From: Chrysomallon squamiferum
Lineage: Eukaryota; Animalia; Mollusca
NCBI GenBank assembly: GCA_012295275.1
Contig: CM022671.1
Span: 1,860,001 to 1,924,000 of the forward strand
Length of the DNA: 64,000 bases
Reading direction: 5' to 3'
The notes under the pieces were generated by a model. It was given only the letters and a program-made list of their open reading frames with translations, was not told the DNA's origin and made no database searches. Each line of letters begins with the position of its first letter. The stretch's first letter is position 1. A program made the translations under genes and the position numbers. Positions 1 to 46,718 of this stretch are shown one piece after another.

Positions 1-420
1 ATAAATAATTTTGCCTCTGTGTCCTATTCATTAACAAATGTCTTAACATTTTCAGGTCTTTTTTGTTTATATAATTATGTTTCTGCAGATATTACAGTTA
101 TTTGAAGAGTCATATTAACTGAATGTTTCAAAACAGTGTATAAGATTAAATGTTGAATTAAATACATAAAGTTTTCATATGCCACATGTTTTATGAATTA
201 TTATATTTAAAAAATAAATGTATAATCAATGTATGATGTACTGCATATTACAAACACATTCATGTATACCACAGTTAATGAATATTTGTTCAAATAAAGT
301 TGCATATTTCATACAAATAATGTATCATTGGTACTCTCTGTGTTTTGTTTTTTTGTTTCTTTGTTTTAAGTTAGATATTTTGTTGTTGTTTCTTGTGTGT
401 ATGCGTACGTGAGAAAGCAG

Positions 421-840
421 ACGTCATTATCATTGTCATCATCTTTATACAGCTGTGTTGTGAGCATGTTGTTTCCACATCTTCCTGTTTTGTTTCATCA
501 TCTGCCAAATGTTTCTTGTCCAAAACTCATTTAGTTCATCCTTCCATTGTCTCCCTGGCCTTCCTCTACTGATGTGTACTCTTACATACAGTTGATGTGT
601 CCTGACCAGTTTGACTTTCATCATCTCAGTTGTTTTTGTATCACTTTTATGACATATATTTTAACTTTTACTCAGATAAATGATGTTTAACTTAATAGTG
701 TTTTTTCCCATCTTTCTTTCTTTGGCAGCTACTTTGCTCTTTGCTTGTTTACTGAGTGTCCTTGTTTCTGAACCATTTGTCATTGCTGGAACCTGTAAAG
801 TTGTCTCTTCAAGCAGGTTCCTAAATTTGTCTAGTCAGCT
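421..840 (-). mobile_element. RTE-clade LINE 3' fragment (decayed ORF2 C-terminus)
   Basis: Minus-strand translation, with frameshifts, gives PAMTNGSETRTLSK (cf. RTE P.LTYG.ETWTL), WSGHIN (cf. WAGHI.R) and SRGRPGRQWKDEL...W...QNRKMWK (cf. RGRP..RW.D....W...AQDR..W). A (TGA)-like microsatellite tail follows. Confidence 0.75.
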
Positions 841-2079
841 GTGTTCAATGAATTTCATTTTCTTCGTTTTTGTTTGTCCCAAATATTTATCAGTTTTTTA
901 CATCTAGCTTATTATCTACATATGTCTCTTACAAATAAGTTATACAGAAATATTATTTTTTTATTTTGCTTGAGAATGTATTGCTGTGTATATTATCTGT
1001 TACATAATGTTATTGTTATAAAAGTATGAAGATTTTGTTTATATGTATTATTTTAAATAAAGTGTCACTTAGTTAAAGTGTTTTTTTTTTCATTTGAGCA
1101 ACAGCTAAATAGCAAAAGTCAACTCTTCTAACAAGGCATAAACACCCACACATATAATGTTTGTATGCATGTATGTTTATAAACATATGAAATAATCATA
1201 GCAGATTTGCTTTAGTAATTAATTCAAACATTGACATAACTTAGGATCTTACATGGGAAACTCAAAGCAAAGTTTCAAATAAAACGTTATAAACAATTTA
1301 AATGTTTTTTTTTTTTTATCATTCTCCAGTCTACACTCTAAATTCATATTAAATTATAATATAACAAAACATGAATAAATTATTAATATATTATAAATTA
1401 AACATGTTTAATCAGTATTTTAATATTAACTCTTTTAAGCTTCTAATATATACTGTATAATATACAGACACCTGAGAGAGAAACTGGGTTACAAAATAAT
1501 CTCGATAATGATGATAATTTTCGAAAATGAAAAGTATAAAATATATTTAATATACTGTATCCAGCGCATGATATATCGCATGATGATATTTTAAATATGT
1601 GTCGTAATAAAATAATAAATGTAGTATGATGATATTTAAAATATAATATCCTGTACCATACGTTATTATAAGTCACTGCATCGTTTATTTATAAAGAATT
1701 ATTAAACGTTTCATTATTTTAATGTGGGATGCAGTGTTTAATATGATAGCAATACAGTGCTTTACATCATCATACGTTTAGTTGATGCTGAATAAATTTA
1801 TTATCATTATTTTTGTTTGATTGTCATCGTGTTTATGTTTTATAATTTAATAGTAAACGAGACATAATATTTTAATAATTCTCTATAATGTGGCTTTTAG
1901 TGTTCAATAATGTCATACGTTTAACAAGTTTATATGAAGTATGAGTAACCTTTAAACTAGAATTGGGCCACATTAGACATGACTCATCATCAGACAATAA
2001 GGTAATTGCAGAAACCATATACGTAATCATCTGCCTTAGATATGGGAAAATGTGGACTTTATTATATTATTATTATTAC

Positions 2080-2113
<34 letters not shown>

Positions 2114-2268
2114 TGTTCAATTCGTAAAAAATTGTTTTTTCTATAAAATATTGAAGTCTTGGTATAATATTATTACTCACAGTATGTCAGTTACACACGC
2201 TACTTCTGGGATACATTACGGAATAATTAAAAGGAAAAAACGAATACTGGGAAAATCAATGTATTCAA

Positions 2269-2272
<4 letters not shown>

Positions 2273-2347
<75 letters not shown>
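2273..2347. repeat. (GA)n microsatellite
   Basis: Perfect dinucleotide run. Confidence 0.97.
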
Positions 2348-2349
<2 letters not shown>

Positions 2350-3345
2350 GTGTATGAGTGAATAAGTCAGAACGAAACGAAACAAATACAATTTTAATAA
2401 ACTTTATTTTCCTTTGGAAATTAGACATGCGTTTAGGAAGGCACAGTTTGCCAGTGACTTCTTTTTTAATGGTAATATAGTGTTTCATAAATTTAATATG
2501 AAGCTGGATACAATGTTTTAAATGTCATCATACGTTTAATAATGTAATATGACGCTGACACAATATATTCAGTGTCGATTTTTTATAATGTATGATGCTG
2601 TGTTTAACAATGTCAAATATTTAATAAGTTTAGCCGATGAGAGATACAATGTTTTATATGTCATCAAACCTTCAGTGATTAAATATAAGATGAGATACAT
2701 TATCATACTTTTAGTAATTCTATACGTTATAAATGCCACTTATTTAAAAAGTTTGTATGATGTCTTAACCTGTATGTTTGTTTGTTTTGTTTGTCTGTTA
2801 TCACTTCAAATAAGAATATTTCAGTGAATAACACGCATATGGCAGTCCAACTTTACTAAAAGGTTTATTTAAGAGCTGTTATAAATAAATAAAATAAGCA
2901 TATCAAATGGTGCACAAATGATATAAAGCATATATAATAATTATATATAATAAAACTGCTATTTTAAAAAATATAAATATATCATATACAAATAAACTAA
3001 AGATATACTTTATTAATTAATAAAATCGTTCAAAGATCTCATTACACAAATAAAAATTTAAAATTAAAATCCTTCAAAGCAGTTGCGTCATTTTCTATGA
3101 ACTACAAAACAATACAAACTTTATCCAGTATACTTTATTATTGCTAAAGTCTAATCACCATTAGCTTTTTGTCAGAAAAGGTAGCTAACCTATTCATTAA
3201 CGGTAATAATAAAATGATCACATTAATACTAAAAGACTGACTTTATTAGAATGATGTTAATAGAATGAAGACATTAATAAGAAAAGAATAAAGAGACTAC
3301 AACTGAAAAAGTAGCGAGATTAATAACAGAAAGACTGTAATCTGC

Positions 3346-15920
<12,575 letters not shown>

Positions 15921-15996
15921 TTTTCTAATTTCGTATCTCTACACAAGAGATTTTTCTAAAGTGAAGTTCTGTTGATGTAGCATTCTCTTGTTGTAC

Positions 15997-22270
<6,274 letters not shown>

Positions 22271-22309
22271 TTAAGACGTAACTCTGCATGGAGAACTGAG
22301 TTTGTAAAC

Positions 22310-35982
<13,673 letters not shown>

Positions 35983-36047
35983 TACATTTAACAACTATTA
36001 TTATTATTTGCCCCTTTAGGAATAAAACCTAATCAACACCTATACAT

Positions 36048-36790
36048 CTACAGCTTCATAAAAGACTCGGACATTTTGAAAAATGAGTATTTTCCACAAA
36101 TCCTTAGAGTGTAATTATAAGATTCATCTGACACTAAGTTGGACACTGAGAAAAAGGTTTCATCTCAGGAACTTTCCTTGAACGTTACAGAATTAGTCTT
36201 CATTCAGATGCAATTTCTAAGGAATTTCCTGGGAGGAAAATACCACACAATCAGTACTTGACATCTAAGGACTCATTTGAAACAGTCTACACAAAAGTGT
36301 ATATCAGATGAAAAGAAAATTCTGTGATAAGAGTAATTCTTAATGATCTGAGACTGCTTCCATACAAAGTTCCATTTCTTTAGTTTCAAAGCCAAACCAC
36401 CAGATATTAAAATTGCCAGAATATCAGTTAAAGGATGAAGAACAACTTCTATCTTTTGGACATTGCTCTCTTCATTGACAAGACGGTTTTTCCCTTTGAA
36501 GGGGCATGTTAATTGACAAAACATGAGTGTAGAACACATAATTCTGTGTAAAAGTATTGAAAGACATCACTGGTCCTTACATTTTTAAAGTTCAAGGAAA
36601 TCGGTCCACTCCTGATATGAAACCAGTTTCTCATTGTCCATTTTGATGTCTGATGAAATGTGTAAGTAAACTCTGCGACTCATCTGAAAATGATAATAAA
36701 ATGTTAATTTGTCAGGTGTCATTGTTTTTCTGTGGACCAACCTGGAAAATCCCTGACTGCTGATTCTGCATTTCAAACACAGTTGGTAAT
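36048..36790 (+). mobile_element. Decayed Tc1/mariner-superfamily DNA transposon (DUF4817-HTH type transposase relic)
   Basis: Ordered, frameshifted remnants on the plus strand: EFPGRKIP (~36222), RVILNDLRLLPYKV (36330; cf. RIL..DL.L.PYK), LFIDKTVF..LKGHVN*QNM (~36470-36525; cf. FSDEA.F.L.G.VN.QN), DITGPYIF (~36563; cf. IIGPYFF), FLWTNL (~36727; cf. FLWGYLK). A possible degenerate left end TACAG...ATAAAAGACTCGGACATTTTGAAAA lies at ~36049. Boundaries are approximate. Confidence 0.7.
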
Positions 36791-36843
36791 TATAATAAAA
36801 AAAAAAAAAAATTATTACCATCATGACCATGACTATGTCGAAG

Positions 36844-36884
<41 letters not shown>

Positions 36885-37829
36885 ACTAAGTAAATAATAA
36901 AGAAATAAATAAAGAAAAAAAAGAAGGGAAAAATATTATTAACAATTATAATCAAACAACCATCAAAAAATCCAAAACAGTTCAAAAATTTATATTTATT
37001 TTTTATTTAATTGGATTCATTTTTTATTATAATTTCTGAAATAACTGAAATGATTTTATACATAGATACAAACATACATACACACATACATGTTATGATG
37101 ACAATAAAAAACAACACACAATGAGTTTAACAAAATATTATCAAATATATCTGTTTACTCAGTTTAACAAACACAATAGTGATTTAATTGTTATTTTCGT
37201 ACATGCTTACTACATTGTTGTGATAATACAAAAACTGGCAATATCAGCGACAGTTCCAGAATTATGGGGTCTCATAAAAGAAAAAGAAAAAATGAAGGGC
37301 AAAACATAAAAGTGTTCATAGATATCATAATGTGATGTTAATAAGATCATAGTATTTTAATATTTAACAAATATTTGTGATTTTTGTAATTATTTAATTT
37401 TATTTAACAAGATGAATAAATAAATAAAAATTAGGTTTCTGACTTTTTGTAAACGAAAATTTTACTTATTAGAAGGGGAAATAAAATAAAATAAGGGGAC
37501 TGTTAAACATTTTCATTGTTTCAAATTAATACATACATTTCTAAAAGTATGTCTTTACAAAAGTTTATTTTTCCATTTAATCAAATATTTGAATCATTAA
37601 TATTATGTTATACAAAAAAAATGGAAAAAAAAAAATGGTTTTGTTATATAAATTTCTTTGATATTCACAGCCTAAGTGATTTTTAATCAATGTTTTTTTT
37701 ACTAATGTTATAAATTCATTTTCAGACATGACAGTAAAACTTATTGAAATTATCATTAATTATTTAGATTATTAACAACAATTATATTAATTCACAAATG
37801 AAGTGAATTCTATTACTAAAATTACATAA

Positions 37830-38080
37830 AATTATGAATACAATGAATTCTTTATTAACAGCAATTACCTTCATTTATGAAAAGAATAAATACCTTTATT
37901 AACTGCAGTTACATTAGTTTATGAATACAGTTAAAACCTTTATTAGCTGCAGTTATATTAGTTTTGAATAGTTAAAACCTTTATTAACTGCAGTTACATC
38001 AGTTTTGAATACAATTAAAACCTTTATTAACAACAGTTAGATTAGTTTATGAATACAGTTAATACTTGTATTAATTGCAG
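37830..38080. repeat. ~43-bp tandem repeat, ~5 copies
   Basis: Unit CCTTTATTAACTGCAGTTACATTAGTTTATGAATACAGTTAAAA. Confidence 0.8.
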
Positions 38081-38924
38081 CAAATTATGTAACATTTAAA
38101 GTACTATTAGTACATATTACATATGTCGAATATTGCGATGTGTTTTTTTTTCTGTATAGTATTATAGTATATTACTATAGTACTTCTTTGATCGTTTTAG
38201 CTGTTCATTGTTCTTGTTTGTATTTTCTATTATATATCATCTAAATAACATTTCAGAATATGCTATGTAAAATAAAGATTAAAAATGTACCAGTATAATG
38301 TGTGTTAGTGGATTTCAGTAATATGACAGTGTATTAAGTTTCCCTTGATTCATTCTGTTAGTTGATATCAGTTATGTGACTCAGGATTATGTGCTGCTTG
38401 GTCATTTCATAAAACTGTAACCAGTGAGTGAAAGATCAAACTGCAAATGAACTGCCTTTATTCAGAAATAGCACAGAGGGAGTGATATCACTTATCTGAG
38501 GAACAACACATTATACAGCACACAAGTGTGTTACACATCAGTGTACCAGTGTATTGTGTTGTACGTATTGATAATGTATGTGTCAGCAGTATATCAGAGT
38601 ATCAGACATTAAATTTAATTTATGAAAAATTATGTTGTTAATAAAAAAAAAATTAAAAAAAACATTCTTGAAGAGTTTGGAGTGATTTTTGTTTTATTTA
38701 CCTGTACCACATCAAGACATTTGAAATAAAGTAAAAACAGTCTGAATATTTATATACTAAAGTTGCTTTATATGAAATGATAAGATATGTTTTACAATGC
38801 ACCATGAAAACAAACAAACAAACAAACAAACAATAAATAAATAAATAAATAAATCACAGAACCTTTTATCACAGACAAATCTTTTAGAAAGGAAAAGTGA
38901 ACGAGGAGGATTTTAACATCAAAT

Positions 38925-39030
38925 CATTTTATAAATCTATATTCCAGATAAGTTTATTTTATAAATCTATATACCAGATAAGTTCATTTTATAAATATTT
39001 ATACCAGATTAGTTTATTTTATAAATATAT
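38925..39030. repeat. 30-bp tandem repeat, 3-4 copies
   Basis: Unit TTTTATAAATCTATATACCAGATAAGTTCA. Confidence 0.8.
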
Positions 39031-39708
39031 ATATATATATATATAGATTTATTCAGTGTGCAGACCTGTGACGTTTTGGTAAATCAGTTTGGCCTTTATT
39101 TAACAATAACATAGACATTTAAGATATTTACTCATTTTAAACATAAAGATAATGTAGAGTTTACAAACTAATAACATCTATAGCTTCTTCATATCAAATT
39201 TGTCAATGGAAAATATGTGCAAGATTCTGCCGAACAGACTTTTTGTTATTTTATATTTAGCAACAACCTCAGTTTTTGACTAATACATTTGTTTTTATAC
39301 TTATTGTTTTATGAATGACAACAGATTTTGGCCATAAATAGATGAACATAAATTCTTATAAATTCTCTGCACAATGCATACAACAGACAAAAGCCAAACA
39401 TGATTAGATTAACACAATCCATACAGCTAATGAGTCCATCGTTGCATGGGTTAAAGTTCGAGGAGATATTGTGTCATCACTACAGGATCCATTCCTTAAA
39501 AGCTTTCAAATCTGCCGATTAATATGATGCTATTTTATTATAAAGAATGAACAATATAGTTATTTTTCTTTCATAATTTGTCCCACATTTATTTTTCACT
39601 GATTTGAAATCCTCCATTTCACGACAGAATGCTGCAGATGAGTGACGAACTCCTGAGAGGTGCTGTTTGTGTCTTCACATTCAAAACCAGGTCATTTGCA
39701 CATTAGGG

Positions 39709-41936
39709 TCATCTGATGTTGCCATTTTGCTGTTGTCGTGGAATGGAACGATGCTGTGTCAGTTGATGCTGTTGTTGTATTTCTCCTTCCAGTTCAAGTA
39801 CTTCTTGTCGTAATTTTTCATTCATATCTCGTATTGAGTCTGCAAGTATTGAAACAATTATTAGCATATGCTTTCATTTTTTTTTTTTTTTTTTAAAAAG
39901 ATATTCTATTGTCTATAATTTCATTATGAAAAGAATATAATAAAATATATAATCTTACAAAATATTAATAATGTGTAATTTATTTCACATTATTATTACT
40001 TTAAAAATAATAACATAATAAAATTTAAATTAATTTGATATCTATGTATTTATGTATGCAAAATTGATGTACATATGATATATGTGTTTGTGTATGTATG
40101 TGTGTATATGTATGTGCGTATGTATGTTTATTTGTCTTGGTATGAATAATTTTGTATCTGTAATTTTCTAAATAATACAAAATTTAAATTAATTGCTGCT
40201 CTATTGAAAATTGTAATAAAGTATCACTACAAGAAGCTGTTTTAAAAATGCTTTTCTCTAATCTGTGAAAATACAACAAACAATATTTCATCAAAGTGAA
40301 ATGGCTATTTTAAAAGCTGTGTCAGTGTTGCTGGAAAGGTAAGAAGCACTGAGAATATTTTACACGTATCACAAAGTTTTCTCCAAATTATAAAATTTAC
40401 TAATAAAATATTGACAGTTTATACAATGAATAAAACAAACTTGTAATTGTTATTATGTTTCTATCAAATCTTCTTTACTTGTCTACATATCTGGATAATT
40501 AATAATATTAGCATAAAATAAAATAAAAATAGAAATAAAATTAAATTAAATAAAATAAATAAATAAATAAAAATAAAATAATACTTAATGAAATTGACAT
40601 TTGTTCATCAAAAAGTCAATTATCAATGTAAATAATAATGTTAAAGCAGAAATCTTATTAAAAAGTAAACAATAATAAATAAATATTTTAGAAAAAAGCT
40701 ATCTAAAGAAAAATAATAAATAAAAAAAATAAAAATTAGACTATAAAAATACAATTAAATTAATAATTAATTACTGTAAAGTGATCTACCTATGTTTATC
40801 AAAGGGTTATTTATCAATTTATAAATAATAAAAACTAAATATGCAATTAGTTTTATTTTCAGCCTAAAGATTTATTAACAAAACAATTAAGTCTAAATAA
40901 AAAAATAGTAAAAAATCAAATAAATAAATATTTTTCTTCATATTCATTTAATCGCTCTCTGTTTATTAATATAAATAAAAATAAATACTTACAAAACTTA
41001 AAACTTATTAAGTGATGAATAAAAATAAATATCTAATTTATATTTAATTTAAAGGCTTATATATTTGATTTAAAAATAATCTGATAATAAATAATGTAAC
41101 TCTTTATTAAAATCTAAATATCTAATCTATTTTAGATTTTGCTTCAGACTGGTTCCTGTATATAAATATTAATAATTAGCTATGTTAAAAAAAAGAACTA
41201 GTTATTAGTTTATGTTCAGCTTAAAGATGTTTTTTAACTTTGAGTTTCAGAAAATGAAACTGGATCTTTGGCAGTAGGAAATTTTAAAGGCATTAAAAAA
41301 AAAAAATTCATTTTAGGGATGAAAAATTTAATTACTTAAAAATATAGTTTCTAGAAATGTAAGTATATTGTCAATTCATAAAATTAAAATAAAATTTTAA
41401 TAAATAAATACTATATATCAGCTGATGACAAAGCTGACTTTCATTTTAAAAATAATTAATTAAAAATTTTAAAATCATGATTGATGTCTTTCTGCAACAT
41501 CTAGCTTCAAACAATTTGAAAAATATTTAAATGTCACCTTTGTTTGAGCCAAAGATGTCCTTATCCTTGTCCTTAGATAAAGATCCTAATTTCATTTAAT
41601 TTTAATTTTCCTTTATGTTTTGCTGACCCAAAATGATGTAAGTTAATAATGTATATAAAAAAATACACTAAAGAATATAACTTTGGTTATTTTACTTTTT
41701 AATTCTTTCTAAAAAAACAAAAACAAAAATTAAAAGACAGTTTTTAAATAGACTTTTCATCACTACTTAATTATGTTAATTTTTTTACTAATTCAGCAAA
41801 ATTGTATTATTCCATGTTAAATTTCAAAATCTGTTTTGCATTATCTAATTAAAGCAAACTAAATTCGTCACAGTTGTAATATATATACATAATAAAATTA
41901 ACTATGTTACTAAAAATAAATAAATAAATAAATACA

Positions 41937-42033
<97 letters not shown>

Positions 42034-42459
42034 CAACGATTAAATCTACAGTAATCTAGGATTTAAGATATTAAACTAAAACTTTCCTGCTGTCTTTTTC
42101 TATATTACTGAAACAAATTTTTATAAAACAGATGCCTAGAAAATAGTAATTAGATCTATATAATCTAAAGTGTCTACAGGATCAAACAGAATGTCTAAAA
42201 ACAAACAGGTAGAGATATTACAGTGAAATCAGTGCCGATATTTTCTGAGGTATCCTGAAAAACAGTAATCTAGTGTTGTGACTAAAACACATTTCTGTTG
42301 TAACACACAGATCATTTTACAGATAAAAATAAATTATTATTATTATTATTATTATTCTTTTTATTGGTCTTGTAATATAATTTATTTTCTTATTCCTTTG
42401 CATTACTAAACGGTCAGGTGAAAATATGAATTTATTTACTTCATATTTGTTTCTGTTTG

Positions 42460-42518
<59 letters not shown>

Positions 42519-42595
42519 GTAATAACTAATAAAAATAAAATAACAATAACAGCAATAATTTAATAATAATAATAATTATTATTATAACAATGATA

Positions 42596-42644
<49 letters not shown>

Positions 42645-45600
42645 TAACTAATAACTAATAAAAATAAAAATAACAATAATAACAATAATAATAATATAAT
42701 AATAATAATAATAATAATATATAATAATGACAATCACAATAATTATAATAAAGATAATGATAACAATAATAATAAGTAAATAAATAAATAAGTAAGTAAG
42801 TAAGTAAATAGATAGATAAATACATGACAACCAGTGGTGATACTCTAGACTAAGAACAGTGAGACACTATAACAACAGCGGTCTGCTCACATGATTCATC
42901 ACAACTGTTCCATTTAGTTTTTAGTTTTATTTTCTTGTTTGTCACCTTGAATAGGAAAAACCTAACAGTAAGAACCACAACTCAGAAGGCTTTAAATATA
43001 ATAAACATAATCTGAACTTAAATGGGGCCAGACGTTTTAATGTTTTTATTAATATAAAAAATTCATTGTTTATAGAAGTCAACATTAATGGACATCTGCT
43101 GGTTTTTGTTGATGTAAAGAACTGAATAACTGTGACTAAAATCTTGGAAGATTTTCTTTATGTAACTATCTGCAGATGATTCTAAATTGCAGCTTTCAAA
43201 ACTACCTGGGTAACTAGGATGTTCTATAACAGGCTTATTTATTACTAAAAGTAAATGGTTTTGGATTTTTATACACAAGCAAATAAAAAAAATAAAATAA
43301 AAAATAATAAAAAAAAAGAAAAAATGAAACAAGCTGCATTTATCTATCTTGTGAGAAAAAACATTAATATGTTCAAACTTCATTGTCACTGCTGTTTGAA
43401 CTATAGTAGCACATACTTCACATGCTTGTGTGTAAATCTATTTTTAGAGCAGTAAATGTGATTGAACAAGGCAGTTGAAAACAAGATGAAACTTTTTTTG
43501 ATATCTGAATTTATAAATAGATATCTAAAAACTACAATTAATCAGAAATTTATTTTCAAATACAAAGATTAACTGTTTTTTTCCTTTTAGTTTTAAATGA
43601 CATAATGTTTATCAGTATTAACAAGGTCACACCAGTATTAAAAGTATAATAACAATTATGACATATTTACACTAAGTAATTCATACTCTAGTTTTAGTTG
43701 TCACAAACATGGCTGTATAGGTCTGTTAAATGAAATATAGAGATAACGATGGTGTTTAAAACTCAATAATCTTATTTTATGTATAGCTGAATGTATAATA
43801 TTCATTCTCTCTAGTAAGTGTTGATTAAGAGTGGTGAGAAAAGTGTTACCTGAATTTGAGACCTGTGACACCCTTCTGTCTAGTGGACGAGTTGGTGAAA
43901 CTAGTAAAGTAAACAAATGTGAGAAATAATCGTAAATGATGAAATTCTTATTAATAATTATATTTTTCTTAATGAACTAGTGATACTTCATCTTTCCTTT
44001 AAACCTTTAAATATTAATATATTACATTTGCTGAATTCAAATTAAATGTAATGACTTTTCTAAGATAATTAAGAATTCTTTTTTTTTTTTTTTTCTGCAG
44101 AATAATAAATACATGTGTTGCTGTTTTACAACGTTGCTGTTGTTGACACAATAAACTTACTTTGTCGTATGTGTGCATTGGGTGGGCCCTGGCCTACAGG
44201 TCGCCCCACCCTCTGGGGTATTCCAGTGTTGTCTTGATATGGGATACCATTTTGTACAACTTCATAAGGACTGAAATTGTAAGTAATAATTACATTCATT
44301 TCGTTCTGATGTACCAATTAAAATTAAATTTTAAATATTAACAAGTACATTCAGTCATATATATATACTGTGTGCAATAATTGTTTTTATTTTGTTTTTC
44401 TCAGAGATTTTCTCTTGAAATGGTGTGATTACTACTGAGATTTAGTTTGTTATTATGAATTGAGTTTTTAATACTGAGATTTAATTTGTTATTATCAGTT
44501 AATGTTGAACTAAACTCACCCAGGACCAGCTCTTATCACAGGTTCTGACAGTCTGTGAGGGGGTCTCATAGGGTGTGGTGGGATTCCTGGGGGTATAGCA
44601 TTCCTAGGTGAGTTGCCTCCCATTCGACTTGGATCTAGAAAGTCTGGTGGCTGTTATGATTGAAATAATACAATAACAATAACAATAATAATAACAATAA
44701 TAAAAATAATAACAATGATGATAATGATTATAACAATAATAACACCAATAACAAAAACAAGAAAAAGATGGATACTCTTAGACAAAATGTATACTATTAT
44801 ATAACAACTAATTATCATTATTGCTTTTACTACTACTATTATCACTACAAATATTAATTATTATTTTTACTACTAATATTACCACTTGAATTACTTATTA
44901 TTATCATAAATACAAATACTTGCTGTTATTACGTTTTACGACTGTAACAGATACTGCTCGCGAAATGACTACATATTAATATTTATCAGATAAAACTGTG
45001 GCTGTGTGACGTAATGAAAGTTGTTTCACAATGTACCATTGTCCTTACTGGCAGCCTCGTTGCGGGCACGCTCATTTTGCGTTGGTTTGGAATGCCAGAC
45101 GGAGACATCTGGGGAGAGACTATGTCTGACTGTCTGTAGCCCTCGTACTGGGGGTGGGAGGCCGCACCCTGTTGCCATGTTGAGGGGCTCTGGGAAACCA
45201 CCCTGCAGATGAAATAACGAAAACCACTTTAACAAAATTTCAAATACGATTTAACATACCGGATGTTATTTAGGATTAAATAGCCAATTGCACTTGATGA
45301 ATAAAAACGACTTCGTATTTTGATACGTGATTAAAAACAACCTTTTGATCAAATAAAGTTATGTGATTTTCAGACTGCCTAAGACTAATTTTGGCAGACT
45401 GTTCTAAAAAACCTCACTTAAGTCGAATGATGCTGGATAAACTATTGAATAATTATGTTAGTATGGATATCTATATGCTGTAGACTGAACACTTTATATA
45501 AATTATGTAAGTAAACAACAACTTATGGTGTAAAATTCAAAATAACTATGTAGTTAATTTTATAAATATGGTATATATTATAAATTTTGTAATGCATTAT

Positions 45601-46681
45601 ACAGAACAATAACTGTAAAGAACAATTATTTATACTTTACTATAATACTATAATTATGTTTGAGTTAAAATTATTTGACAGTAAAGTAAATAATTGTAAA
45701 TTATAAAGATTAATAATTTAAAAAAATAAAAATAAAATAGCTATAAAACTATAGAAATATAATTAATAATCAAACCTTTCGAGTTCTTCGACTCTTTTCA
45801 TCAGTTTCTCGTTCTCTCTGTACAGAAGTTGCTGTTCTCTGCGGATTCTGTCTCTTGTAGAATGTAAGTCTGAGTTTTCACTTCTGTAAAAAATTACAAT
45901 AACAATGGTAATAACAATAACAATAACAACAATAAACAAGGCAATAATAATACAGGGCAAATTTAATTTCAGTCAGTCAGAAATACATGATGTGCTATAT
46001 CTTGTTTCTGCCAGTTCTCAGTGTCTTGTTTATCAAATGTCATTATATGCAAAACATTATTATTTACCGTAAAGCTTCATTTTCAACCATATATTCCTGC
46101 AACATTTCGTTCAGGCCACTTTCTGAAAATCAAATGTTGTACACATTTATTAAGCACTGTAATATCATTTTATTTTATTTCTAAAATTGTTTAAAAATAT
46201 GAGGCTACTTTCAAAAGTTGTTGAATTTTTAACATTATTCAGATTTAAAAAAAAAGAAAAAAGTTTATATAATGTTCCTACAATTTTCTAGCTTGCCAAA
46301 GATGAAATCAGTATGAAAAATTGAAATAAGTATTATTTTATCATGATGCTTATAAAAAGAAAAATTTGAAAATGTCAGAAAATAATTTCATTTTATGAAA
46401 CTGGTTTTTATAATTCATTGTAATGTTCTGAAGTTTAAATTAATAAAATTATTAAAATAACAAGAACTGATTACTCCCCACCAGCACATATGAAATATTG
46501 GAAAACAAGCAGTGATTAAATGATTAATTGTTTTTTTAGGACTGTCATTGAATAGTTCATTACCTTTTTGTTGTTGTTCTTTCATGAATTTCATAAACTT
46601 TTCATCATTTTCTTTCTGTAACTGTCCTTTTGGCTTGGCTGGAAACTCCAGCTACAATACAGAAACAAATTAATAAATTTA

Positions 46682-46718
<37 letters not shown>

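Noticed and set aside
36273-36830. Minus-strand 88-aa and 81-aa ORFs as a small gene
   Set aside because: They are antisense to the decayed mariner transposase and show no recognisable motifs.
36844-36882. Long poly(A) as a retrocopy tail
   Set aside because: No target-site duplication or processed-gene body is evident, and poly(A) runs are common in this window (e.g. 19778, 46684).
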